Counted from the first letter of the stretch, positions 10,891 to 19,911 are shown. The stretch: DNA of 60,918 bases from Desulfosarcina sp. (GCA_030145105.1 JAQYWF010000001.1:1-60918), one strand, 5' to 3'. Numbers and translations are program-made. The notes: generated by a model not told the origin, from the sequence alone.

Positions 10891-10932
10891 GGTAGTTCCC
10901 ATAAGTGTTTATATATCTTAAGGAGCAAGAAT

Positions 10933-11370
10933 ATGGAATTTATATCTGACAAACTGATCAAGCTAATTGAACGCGATGCTCACCAACTGACAAAAAACTG
11001 GTTAAATAATGTACAGAACCATTCTACAACGCCGACTTATCATACCTATGATCAGGATAAGCTCTATCAACGAGCGTTTCGAGTCTACAGCCAACTTGGT
11101 AAATGGATATCAAGGGAAACATCCAAAGAAGATATTGAAAAATACTACACAACGATAGGCAAGCAACGACGCAAGGAAGGATTCGCACTTTCGGAAGTGA
11201 TCCAGGCGCTCATTATCACCAGACGGCATGTGTGGCTCAAGGTGCTGTCGGAAGGATTGTTGGACACGGTTCTGGACCACCATCAGGCATTGGAACTGAA
11301 CAATCGGGTCATCCTTTTTTTCGATCGGGCCATCTTTTACGCAGCCCTCGGATACGAACAGACAGAATGA
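10933..11370 (+). CDS. RsbRD N-terminal-like (non-heme globin fold) sensor protein
   Basis: AAGGAG RBS. 'IGKQRRKEGFALSEVIQAL' and 'FFDRAIFY...GYE'. Confidence 0.6.
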   Translation: MEFISDKLIKLIERDAHQLTKNWLNNVQNHSTTPTYHTYDQDKLYQRAFRVYSQLGKWISRETSKEDIEKYYTTIGKQRRKEGFALSEVIQALIITRRHVWLKVLSEGLLDTVLDHHQALELNNRVILFFDRAIFYAALGYEQTE

Positions 11371-11392
11371 TTTTAAGCTAAAACGGATCGAT

Positions 11393-12385
11393 TCATTTTA
11401 TCTTGTTTAAGACAACGTCTTTTAACCCGGCATGCGAATATAGCTGATTCAGCTGATGGCAGGAATAGGTCAGCTTTAGGGTATGGACGTCCTTGGATGC
11501 CGACCCTTTTCTTAACAATGCGTCCCAGGAATGCGCCTTTGCATCGTAAACCCGGTCGAACCGGTTCCGGGGCATTACGGCCAGGATATGGGTCGTGATG
11601 CATGCGGTCAGAATATCCAGTGCATGCTCGAAATCCAGGAAATGTTCCTTAAGCATGAAAGCCGCATGCAGGCCGGTGATGCAGTGAAGGACCACAATGT
11701 CATGCGTCCGGTTGAACAAGGGAATCAAATGGTCCAACAATCCGCGGGCCTTTTCTCCTTCATCACCGTTGACGACAAAACCCGTCTGCAGATATTCATC
11801 CGAACTGTACAACGCCCTTAACCGTTGACCCAGTGAGGATTTGGATTGGATGATCCGCTGGACCGGCGCTGAGGCGGTCAGGTTTTCCATCTCCCCGGAA
11901 AATGCGGCAGCATCCACGTGGCGGCTGAACGTTTTGGCTTCCCGATAGCCCGTCAGGTAATATGCCAGGGCCCTTGCGACCTCATCCGTGGATTCCGGTT
12001 CCAGTCGATACCCTTCCATGGCATATCCGAGCCTGATCAATGTATGAAACACCCCCGAAGAGATGCCCGAGGGATAAGTCTTCAGCGTTTGTTTAACCAT
12101 TTGTTCCACGCCCTGGGAAACCATCGCTTCTTTGACGAGGTCCAGACAGGGTTCGTACAAATCACGCTGTCCGATGCATGTATCGATACTGTCCACTGCC
12201 GGGTAGTTGGATTGGAGGGGATCGGCACTGAAATGGTTTGCAAAATAAGCCGAGTATGTCTCAACCCGGTCCAGATCACTGGTCATCCGGTAAACCGCCA
12301 GTTGTGCCATCGGCAGGTGATTGATGAAGCTGCCCATGTATGGCCGGCATGATTCTGCATATCGATTGATGATTTCATGTAGCAT
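11393..12385 (-). CDS. Questin oxidase-like (DUF4243) protein
   Basis: His motifs 'NHLPMA', 'FHTLIRLGYA', 'LHCITGLHA', 'DVHTLKL'. RBS before MLHEIIN (12385). Confidence 0.7.
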   Translation of the reverse strand: MLHEIINRYAESCRPYMGSFINHLPMAQLAVYRMTSDLDRVETYSAYFANHFSADPLQSNYPAVDSIDTCIGQRDLYEPCLDLVKEAMVSQGVEQMVKQTLKTYPSGISSGVFHTLIRLGYAMEGYRLEPESTDEVARALAYYLTGYREAKTFSRHVDAAAFSGEMENLTASAPVQRIIQSKSSLGQRLRALYSSDEYLQTGFVVNGDEGEKARGLLDHLIPLFNRTHDIVVLHCITGLHAAFMLKEHFLDFEHALDILTACITTHILAVMPRNRFDRVYDAKAHSWDALLRKGSASKDVHTLKLTYSCHQLNQLYSHAGLKDVVLNKIK

Positions 12386-12481
12386 CGTTCCTCTTCCCTT
12401 CTCCGCTCTGCACACGCACAACACTGCACCGCGAGCACCCGCTGTATGTTTTGGAATTGAAGCCTCAAACCAACGGGTTCA

Positions 12482-12682
12482 CTAATGCTCTGGTTTTACC
12501 TTGGCCTTCCTCGGCGATGGCTCATCGCTGCCGTAGACCTCAACATAAGCATTATGCGAGGGGCATCCGCGCTTCCAATGATTCCTTACTTGTTTACCGA
12601 TAAAAGAATCCGGATATTTCCGCCCGATCTTGCATCCGGGGCAGACCTTATTCCATCTGGCCAGTATTTTTTTCATTTCCAT
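12482..12682 (-). CDS. Small Cys-rich hypothetical protein
   Basis: GAAAGGAG RBS. Motif CPGC...GCPSH.AY.EVYG. Confidence 0.6.
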   Translation of the reverse strand: MEMKKILARWNKVCPGCKIGRKYPDSFIGKQVRNHWKRGCPSHNAYVEVYGSDEPSPRKAKVKPEH

Positions 12683-13200
12683 GATCGACTCCTTTCTTCA
12701 TGGGCTTTTCACCCGAAGGATAAATACCTTTAAGCGATTGACAAATCGTAGGATCGTTACCGCAATTCACGGCTCAATAAACGATAGGCCAGAAAGAAGG
12801 GGCAACCAAAATGAACACTCAACCTGAAAATTTAGGACATATCTATTATGATGTCACAATCGGCTCTGAATCTGCCAACAATTAACCTGGGGAAACAAGT
12901 AACAAAATATAATATATCAAAAACAACTTTGTACTTAAAGCCAAGTGCAAGTAGCTGCTACATCTTTGTAATATATAGAAAATTACAGTAATCACGAAAA
13001 CTTGTGGTTTGCCTATGCAATTGATGACCATACTCAAATTGCATGTTTATTTTGACTAAAACAGGCCCGATGTGGGTTTGGCTGGTAAATAGTACTCCAA
13101 CGTAGGTGAAAATTCCATCTTCAATCTTTTGGTTGGATCCGTGGCAAGCTATCACACGAATCAATGGGGTCCATTTTTATGGGATCGCCATAGCGTACTT

Positions 13201-13308
13201 GAATCGCTTCATCTCACCAAAACGGTATGTCCTTTCCAACCGGTGGTAAAGGAGATCACCCTTCCATCTAACGGTACATCCGTTTTTACACTTATATGTA
13301 CTGTATCT
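13201..13308 (-). pseudogene. Degenerate duplicate of the adjacent HxlR gene (5' part, with internal deletion)
   Basis: Translates RYSTYKCKNGCTVRWKGDLLYHRLERTYRFGEMKR versus intact MRHSTYKCNNGCPV[EATLELIGG]KWKGVILYHLMEKTYRFGELKR. Confidence 0.8.
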
Positions 13309-13326
13309 CCCTAATATTCTACATTA

Positions 13327-13367
13327 GTATACTTTTAGTAACTACATAATTTTAATGTGCCTACTTG
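13327..13367. promoter_or_regulatory. Putative HxlR-family operator/promoter, duplicate copy
   Basis: GTATACTTTTAGTAACTAC...GTGCCTACTTG, matching 13875-13915 in length and ends. Confidence 0.6.
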
Positions 13368-13532
13368 ATTATGTTTAAAGTACTATCTACATTAATATCT
13401 CATTAACGAGAAAGGTTGTTTATGGCACGATAAATCAACTGTGACAAGACAGCCCAAAGATTATCGATAATAAATTGCCTATAAAATAATAAGGTCTATT
13501 AAGTAGCGGATGGTTTTAAATTCCAATACAAG

Positions 13533-13859
13533 CTACAGGCCAAAATGGTTCCGTCCCCAATCACGCATCATCATCATGACATCCCTAAAGCTTTCTCCAA
13601 CATCGGTAAGCGAGTATTCAACCTTTGGCGGCACCTCAGCATAAACCTTACGGTGGATAATCCCATCTTTTTCCAGTTCACGAAGCTGCTTGGTCAACAT
13701 GCGCTGGGTTACGCCCGGCATCGCCCGCTTAAGTTCCCCAAAACGGTAGGTTTTCTCCATCAGATGATAGAGGATGACCCCCTTCCATTTTCCGCCGATA
13801 AGTTCCAACGTCGCCTCTACAGGGCATCCATTGTTACATTTATAAGTGCTGTGACGCAT
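13533..13859 (-). CDS. HxlR/MarR-type winged-helix regulator
   Basis: 'CPVEATLELIGGKWK', 'RFGEL', 'LTKQLRELEKDG', 'EVPPKVEYSLT'. Confidence 0.93.
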   Translation of the reverse strand: MRHSTYKCNNGCPVEATLELIGGKWKGVILYHLMEKTYRFGELKRAMPGVTQRMLTKQLRELEKDGIIHRKVYAEVPPKVEYSLTDVGESFRDVMMMMRDWGRNHFGL

Positions 13860-13874
13860 TGATTTTCCTCATTT

Positions 13875-13915
13875 GTATACTTTTTGTTACTACAACAATA
13901 AAAAGTGCCTACTTG
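13875..13915. promoter_or_regulatory. Putative HxlR-family operator in the divergent promoter
   Basis: GTATACTTTTTGTTACTAC...AAGTGCCTACTTG directly upstream of the HxlR start, conserved in the duplicate copy. Confidence 0.6.
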
Positions 13916-14010
13916 CGTAATCAGATTGTACGAACTATTATACCAACACGTTGCTGAGGTCAATCGAAATGATGAATATTTTGTTAAGACGAAAACAAAA
14001 GGAGACAGCT

Positions 14011-14165
14011 ATGGATTACCAAGGCTACACAACATTCAAGGCAGAGACAAACGAAGCAGTTCTTACGGTTACCTTTGATTAGCTGATGAAAAAGGTTTCG
14101 AGAATGACATTGAAAACAAGCGTAACTGGAACGATGCCGTGATCGGCATTCAGGAGATCAAATAA
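14011..14165 (+). pseudogene. Internally deleted gene, probably an enoyl-CoA hydratase/isomerase
   Basis: AAGGAG RBS, then MDYQGYTTFKAETNEAVLTVTFD*, then in another frame ADEKGFENDIENKRNWNDAVIGIQEIK*, whose TAA overlaps the next ATG. Confidence 0.55.
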
Positions 14166-14983
14166 TGAGCAACAAACAAAAAACCATTCTTATTACCGGC
14201 TCCACCGACGGCATCGGGTTGGAAACCGCCAAGATGTTGGTCTCGTTGGGCCACAACGTCTTGTTGCACGGCCGAAGTACCGCAAAACTGGAAAACGTGG
14301 TAAGCGCGCTCTCAGCGATATCGGATGGCGGGCAGGTTGAAAGCTACGTGGCCGATCTATCACCTATGGCCGATGTCGAGGCACTGTCGAAGGCTGTCGC
14401 TGAAAAGCACGTTAAACTCGATGTGCTGATCAACAACGCCGGTATCTATCGCGTAGCGGAGATTATCTCGCAGGACGGACTCGATACCCGGTTTGCAGTC
14501 AATACGTTTGCTCCCTATCTGCTGACGCAGCGTCTTCTGCCGCAGCTTGGCGCGTCCGGACGGGTAATCAACCTGTCCTCCGCAGCTCAAGCTCCGGTCG
14601 ATCCGGAAGCGTTGGTCGGACGCGTCAAGCTGCCCGACGGTATGGCTTATGCACAAAGTAAGCTGGCGCTTACCATGTGGTCACGCAGTATGGCGCTTTC
14701 GCTCAAGGATGACGGCCCGGCCATCATTGCTGTTAATCCCAGGTCAATGCTCGGCAGCAAGATGGTGAAACAGGCCTATGGGGTGGCCGGCGGTGATCTC
14801 CGCATCGGTGCGGAAATACTTGCCCGCGCAGCCCTGTCAGATGAATTCGCAACTGCTTCCGGCCAGTATTTTGACAATGACATCGGTCGGTTTGCCTCGC
14901 CCCATCCCGATGCACTGAACACACAAAAATGTGAAGCAATTGTTCGTGTTATCGAGGCGGTTCTGGCTGAAATACTACAATAG
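14165..14983 (+). CDS. Short-chain dehydrogenase/reductase
   Basis: TGSTDGIG, LINNAG, YAQSK. Confidence 0.92.
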   Translation: MSNKQKTILITGSTDGIGLETAKMLVSLGHNVLLHGRSTAKLENVVSALSAISDGGQVESYVADLSPMADVEALSKAVAEKHVKLDVLINNAGIYRVAEIISQDGLDTRFAVNTFAPYLLTQRLLPQLGASGRVINLSSAAQAPVDPEALVGRVKLPDGMAYAQSKLALTMWSRSMALSLKDDGPAIIAVNPRSMLGSKMVKQAYGVAGGDLRIGAEILARAALSDEFATASGQYFDNDIGRFASPHPDALNTQKCEAIVRVIEAVLAEILQ

Positions 14984-15004
14984 TATGATAAATAGGAAAT
15001 AGCT

Positions 15005-15880
15005 ATGTATTACGAAGGAAAAGTATACCGTCCCTGGATAGAGGCCAACAGCCTGCTGATACAGACAACCCTGGGCTGTACCCATAACAAATGCACTTTC
15101 TGCGACATGTTCAGGGAGAAACGATTTCGCATCAGAAAGATCGAGGAGATTTTCAAGGATATCGATGAAGCAAGGCAGATTTATCCTCATGTCAGATCGA
15201 TCTTTCTCATTGATGGAAACGTACTGGCCCTGAAAACAGTGTTTCTTCTAAAAATTCTCGGAAAAATCACCTCAACTTTTCCGGAATGTTCAAAAATTGC
15301 CCTCTACGCCGGATTCAATGATCTCAGACGGAAATCCGTGGAAGATCTCAAGGAACTGAAGCGGGAAGGGTTAACGCTGGCCTATACCGGATTGGAGTCC
15401 GGCGATCCCGTCACACTCGAGCGGATAAAGAAAGGCCTGACACCGGAACAGGCCGAGAAGGGAATGGCAAAGGCTAAAGCCGCAGGCATCGACATCCTTG
15501 TGTCCATCATCTTTGGGATCGGCGGTAAGGAACGTTCCCGGGAACATATTGTTGAAACCACAAGACTGCTCAACATTTTGAAGCCTGAACAAATCGCTCC
15601 CATGGCCCTGGCGGTCCAGTCGGGCACTGAGCTGGCAAAGCAGGTTGAAGCCGGAGAGTTCATCCAGGCAACCCCGTTGCAGATCCTTGAGGAGGAAAAG
15701 TACCTCCTTAAAAATCTGGTGGGTTTTGAGACCATTTACTGGGGCGATCACGGCAACAATATCGTATCTTCGAGGGGTAATCTGCCGGAATCCAGAGAGC
15801 TTTTTCTGGGAAAGATTGACCATGCAATTGCCAATCATCCGGTTACGAAACAGGAAGTACTCGTGACATCACCATGGTAG
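15005..15880 (+). CDS. Radical SAM protein
   Basis: 'YRPWIEANSLLIQTTLGCTHNKCTFC', 'GLESG'. Confidence 0.9.
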   Translation: MYYEGKVYRPWIEANSLLIQTTLGCTHNKCTFCDMFREKRFRIRKIEEIFKDIDEARQIYPHVRSIFLIDGNVLALKTVFLLKILGKITSTFPECSKIALYAGFNDLRRKSVEDLKELKREGLTLAYTGLESGDPVTLERIKKGLTPEQAEKGMAKAKAAGIDILVSIIFGIGGKERSREHIVETTRLLNILKPEQIAPMALAVQSGTELAKQVEAGEFIQATPLQILEEEKYLLKNLVGFETIYWGDHGNNIVSSRGNLPESRELFLGKIDHAIANHPVTKQEVLVTSPW

Positions 15881-15912
15881 GCATGAACCAAGATCTCTAC
15901 AAAGAGAGGTAA

Positions 15913-16089
15913 ATGGAAATCTCTATAACGTACTGTGCACAGTGAATCTACAAACCTCAGGCAGTCAGTTTGGCTGCCAAAATAAAAAAAGCCTTGGGCA
16001 CCGAGCCTAAACTTATTCCTGATGGGCGGGGAATATTTGATGTAGTAGTTGAAGATGAGCTTGGCCATCCGAGCAATCCTGGACGATGA
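15913..16089 (+). CDS. SelW/SelT/SelH (Rdx) family selenoprotein with CxxU motif, C-terminally truncated
   Basis: GAGAGG RBS. MEISITYCAQ(TGA at 15943-15945)IYKPQAVSLAAKIKKALGTEPKLIPDGRGIFDVVVEDEL, with a SECIS hairpin downstream. Absent from the ORF track. Confidence 0.85.
15960..15978 (+). promoter_or_regulatory. Bacterial SECIS element
   Basis: GGCAGTCA-GTT-TGGCTGCC: 8-bp stem with one G-U pair. The loop starts with GU, 23 nt after the UGA. Confidence 0.75.
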
Positions 16090-16127
16090 TCCGCCTCTTT
16101 TCACCTCCAACCACACCCTTTTTTTCA
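16064..16127 (+). repeat. 64-bp direct repeat, copy B (orphan radical SAM 3' end)
   Basis: Encodes AIRAILDDDPPLFTSNHTLFF followed by INR*; copy A encodes AIRAILNNDPPFFTSNHAPFF. Confidence 0.85.
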
Positions 16128-16158
16128 TAAATCGTTGACAAATTGAATGATTTAAACC

Positions 16159-16177
16159 AAATTGGTTCAACCAATTT
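16159..16177. promoter_or_regulatory. FadR/LldR/PdhR-type GntR operator
   Basis: Perfect palindrome AAATTGGTT-C-AACCAATTT (AATTGGT-N3-ACCAATT), just downstream of TTGACA (16135-16140) and upstream of an operon encoding a FadR-type regulator. Confidence 0.8.
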
Positions 16178-16221
16178 ATATTGGTACGTTCATCAATCCT
16201 GAATTAGTATGAGTTGTCGAT

Positions 16222-17769
16222 ATGGTTGATATATTTTTCGTTAAATGGATTTTTGCTTTCTCTCCGATTTTGACCGTTCTCGTTTTAATGATTTTCAAGA
16301 ACTGGAGCGGCTCACGCGCCGGCGCCGCCGGCTGGTTCGTCTCACTGGTCACGGCAACGTTTGTTTTTGGGGCCCACCCCTTGCTTATCGCCTATTCCCA
16401 GGCCAAAGGCGCCTTGTTGTCCCTCAACGTCCTTTACATTATCTGGGCGGCGCTTTTATTGTATAACGTGGTCAACGAAACTGGGGCAATCAAGGCAATC
16501 GGCATCGGTATACAACGATTCAGCGGTGACAAATCTATTCAGATTCTCATCTTCGGATGGATTTTTGCCTCATTCCTTCAAGGTGTTGCCGGTTACGGTG
16601 TACCGATTGCGGTAGTGGCACCGCTCTTGGTGGGTCTTGGTTTTTCACCCGTTGTTGCCGTTGCCGTCCCGGCCATCGGACATTCATGGTCGGTCACCTT
16701 TGGTTCAATGGGAGCTTCTTTTCAGGCGCTCATGTCCGTATCCGGTTTGGGTGCGCAATATCTTGCACCGTGGTCTGCCATTCTCCTTGGAATAACCACC
16801 TTCCTATGCGGAATATGTGCCGTTCATGTGTATGGTGGCTGGAAAATGACGAAGCACAGTTTTTTAGCGATTCTTGTCATTGGCACGGCAATGGCTGGCA
16901 CCCAGTATATTCTTGCCATTTCCGGAATGTGGACGCTGGGTGGTTTCGGGGCTAGCCTGGTGGGGTTGGGCAGCGGCCTTGCGGTTGCAAAATTAAAAAT
17001 CTACAATCAGGTGCCACCGTCACAAACGCAATCGGAGATGGGACTGGGGTGGGCATTGTCAGCCTATTTAATTCTCATCGTGATTGTCTCTTCCGGCGTT
17101 ATGATTCCCCCCGTCAAGGCCTTTCTCGGGCAGATCAAGCTAACGTTGGCCTTTCCGGAAATAGTGTCATTTAAGGGATGGATAACCCAAGCGGGAGAAG
17201 GCAAGGCCATCAATATATTCGGCCATGGTGGTGCCCTGCTCTTATATGCGACCATTATCGGTTTTTTGGTTTATCGTTCCAAGGGTTTTTATCGTTCGCA
17301 TGCCTTGAACACAATCGTCCAAAAAACGATCAAGAGCGGTGTTCCGACCAGTCTGGGTATCGTCAGCATGGTATGTTTTGCCATGATCATGGATCACTGC
17401 CAGATGATAATCATCCTCGCTGAAGGCATAAGCCGGGTTTTCGGTTCCTTTTACCCCTTGGTTTCTCCATGGATCGGTTTGCTCGGTGCCTTTATGACCG
17501 GCAGCAACACAAACTCCAATGTTGTTTTCGGGGTTCTCCAGCAGGAGACTGCGCAACTGGCGGGTCTCAGTGCGAGTTTGATACTCGCTGCCCAGACAAC
17601 TGGCGGCGCGCTTGGAAGCATGATTGCACCGGCAAAAATTCTTGTGGGATGTTCTACCGTCGGCCTTTCGGGGAAAGAGGGTCCGGTTCTTAAGGCCACC
17701 CTTCAATACGGGCTGATTATAACCGGTAGCGTTGGAATGATTACCATGCTGTTTTCCTTTATCCGATAA
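16222..17769 (+). CDS. lctP: L-lactate/glycolate permease family transporter
   Basis: Multi-TM. 'SFLQGVAGYGVPIAVVAPLLVGLGF', 'GAFMTGSNTNSNVVFG', 'AAQTTGGALGSMIAP'. Confidence 0.85.
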   Translation: MVDIFFVKWIFAFSPILTVLVLMIFKNWSGSRAGAAGWFVSLVTATFVFGAHPLLIAYSQAKGALLSLNVLYIIWAALLLYNVVNETGAIKAIGIGIQRFSGDKSIQILIFGWIFASFLQGVAGYGVPIAVVAPLLVGLGFSPVVAVAVPAIGHSWSVTFGSMGASFQALMSVSGLGAQYLAPWSAILLGITTFLCGICAVHVYGGWKMTKHSFLAILVIGTAMAGTQYILAISGMWTLGGFGASLVGLGSGLAVAKLKIYNQVPPSQTQSEMGLGWALSAYLILIVIVSSGVMIPPVKAFLGQIKLTLAFPEIVSFKGWITQAGEGKAINIFGHGGALLLYATIIGFLVYRSKGFYRSHALNTIVQKTIKSGVPTSLGIVSMVCFAMIMDHCQMIIILAEGISRVFGSFYPLVSPWIGLLGAFMTGSNTNSNVVFGVLQQETAQLAGLSASLILAAQTTGGALGSMIAPAKILVGCSTVGLSGKEGPVLKATLQYGLIITGSVGMITMLFSFIR

Positions 17770-17775
17770 ACGGGA

Positions 17776-17958
17776 ATGACACTTATGGACAGTTTGTTAA
17801 AAAAACACAGTACCATCCTGAAAACCACGGCGTTAATCTTGATGCTTGTAATCCCCTTTTTGCTTTATGCGGCTGCATGGCATGGTTCGATCCTCCAGGT
17901 AAAACTACTTATAGCAATTTTTGTCGTCAATATGCTGTTTGTCATGAAAAACGGTTAA
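17776..17958 (+). CDS. Small 2-TM membrane protein
   Basis: Two hydrophobic stretches, tightly spaced within the operon. Confidence 0.5.
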   Translation: MTLMDSLLKKHSTILKTTALILMLVIPFLLYAAAWHGSILQVKLLIAIFVVNMLFVMKNG

Positions 17959-17984
17959 CCGTAGATTTCGTCGAGAGGCGCCCA

Positions 17985-18722
17985 ATGATTAAAAAACCGG
18001 GGAAAAGCTTGACCAACACCCTGAAAGCGGTTACCAAAACCAAACTTCATGAGCAGATCGTCATCCAGATACAGGCTCTGATCGATAAAGGACGATTGAA
18101 ACATGGCGATCAGCTTCCGCCTGAAAGAGAGCTGGCAACAATCTTCAAGGTGTCTCGCCATTCTGTGCGGGAAGCCATACGGACACTGGAACAAAAAAAA
18201 ATTCTAAAGAGCAGGCCGGGGAGCGGAACCTATATTATCCTGGAAGGCGAGTCGTCTGTTGTCGAATTTCTGGCCAGAGCGATTAACCAGGAGAAACACA
18301 CACTTTCTGAAATTTTTCAATTCAGAGAACTGCTTGAACCGCAAATCGCCGGATTGGCAGCACAAAACGCGACCGAAGCAGATCTCTCTTCCTTGCAGGA
18401 GATCCTTCACAGCCAACAAAAAGAACTGGATAACAACGCGACGTCAAAAGATCTAGATCAGGATTTTCATCGTGCGCTGGCCAAGGCTACCGGCAACGCC
18501 GTCCTGTTGCAGGTGGTAGAGCTGCTGGACCACATTTTCCTGAAAAGCCGGCATGCGTATTGGCAACGTCCACAGAGAAATCGACTATCTCTAAAAGGCC
18601 ACCAAGAAATTTTTAAGGCAGTCAAAAATGAAGATTCAAAGACTGCAAGGGAGTTGATGACCGGCCATCTTAATGCAATCCGGGAACTGTTAATCCCGTC
18701 CAACTGCCACAAAAAGACATAG
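17985..18722 (+). CDS. FadR/GntR family transcriptional regulator
   Basis: 'LPPERELATIFKVSRHSVREA...RPGSGTY' plus FCD domain 'DQDFHRALAKATGN'. Start MIKKP. Confidence 0.92.
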   Translation: MIKKPGKSLTNTLKAVTKTKLHEQIVIQIQALIDKGRLKHGDQLPPERELATIFKVSRHSVREAIRTLEQKKILKSRPGSGTYIILEGESSVVEFLARAINQEKHTLSEIFQFRELLEPQIAGLAAQNATEADLSSLQEILHSQQKELDNNATSKDLDQDFHRALAKATGNAVLLQVVELLDHIFLKSRHAYWQRPQRNRLSLKGHQEIFKAVKNEDSKTARELMTGHLNAIRELLIPSNCHKKT

Positions 18723-18733
18723 ATGAGGCCCGC

Positions 18734-19882
18734 ATGTCAATAGAAATGGAGACAGACCTGATCACTTCCGAAGCAGTTAATCAGGTTGCTGTCGGCGCCC
18801 AAAGCAACGATCATTCAGCTCACCTTGCCGGGGTTTCGACCAACCGCTTTTTCACGGACGCCGCCACGTTCGTTCAGGTTCAACTCTTGGTCACCGAATA
18901 CTATAAGCTCGATGTTCTCAGCAATTTCTGGGACGTGTATAATATTGAGGCCGAAGCGTTGGGACAAAAGGTTGTTTACCATCCTGGCGGGATACCCGAT
19001 ACGGATCGCACCCGCCCACTTATCGGCACGCCGTCGGATCTGGATCGCCTTTCACCTCCGAATCCATACCGTTCCGGTCGAATGCCATGGGTCCTGCAGA
19101 TCAACAAGAATTACCTGGAGATGGCAGGCAAGCTCGAACGTGTCTATTTTACCGCCCCATTCAGCCTGGCCGTTAATATCCGTGGATATGAGAATCTCGT
19201 AACCGATATGTTTGAGAGGCCCAGATTTGCGCACCGGCTTTTTAGATTTCTTTGCGATGACGTCCTCGGCCCGTACCTTGAAACCATGCGAGAAGAAGTC
19301 GACATCCCCGACCTGCTCATGGACGGGCGCGATGCATGGGCCTCTCCGCCGATGATCAACCTGGATATGATGGATGAATATATTGTCGCCTATACGGAAA
19401 GGTTGAGAAATAATCTGGGTGGCAATCTGATAACCAGAGGAAACTGGGGAGACGCCAAAAGTCGTGATCCGGAACGGTTCTTTTCCCAAAAATGCAGATG
19501 CAGTCCCGGCTCCTTGAGTGCATTGGACCCTGACCTGTGTGAAGTCGGACCCGAACGGGTGAAAAAGTATGCCCGGCAACACAATCTATCGGTCGCCGCA
19601 GGGATCGATGCAACACTGCTCAAGGATGGACCGATTGAGGCAATCGTGCAACGGATCAAGCGCTATATCGACAAAATGGCGCGAGATGGCCGCTGCATGA
19701 TCCATTTGAACCAGATTGCCGCCGAGACCCCGCCGGAACATGTTCACGCTGCCGTGGCCGCATGCCACACCTTCGGCCGCTTACCTATCCCTGAGAACAT
19801 AGACGATGTCCAATTCGACATACCCAGGAGCCCGCGCTTTTCAGAATTTGTGCGCGAAAAAATGGGAACGGCAGGCGTTTGA
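18734..19882 (+). CDS. URO-D/MtaA-like family protein (possible corrinoid methyltransferase)
   Basis: 'NIEAEALG', 'GRMPWV', 'APFSLA..IRG', 'GIDATLLKDGP', 'TPPEHVHA'. Confidence 0.75.
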   Translation: MSIEMETDLITSEAVNQVAVGAQSNDHSAHLAGVSTNRFFTDAATFVQVQLLVTEYYKLDVLSNFWDVYNIEAEALGQKVVYHPGGIPDTDRTRPLIGTPSDLDRLSPPNPYRSGRMPWVLQINKNYLEMAGKLERVYFTAPFSLAVNIRGYENLVTDMFERPRFAHRLFRFLCDDVLGPYLETMREEVDIPDLLMDGRDAWASPPMINLDMMDEYIVAYTERLRNNLGGNLITRGNWGDAKSRDPERFFSQKCRCSPGSLSALDPDLCEVGPERVKKYARQHNLSVAAGIDATLLKDGPIEAIVQRIKRYIDKMARDGRCMIHLNQIAAETPPEHVHAAVAACHTFGRLPIPENIDDVQFDIPRSPRFSEFVREKMGTAGV

Positions 19883-19911
19883 CAGTTTAGTCGTTCTTTC
19901 CATTTTTTCAG

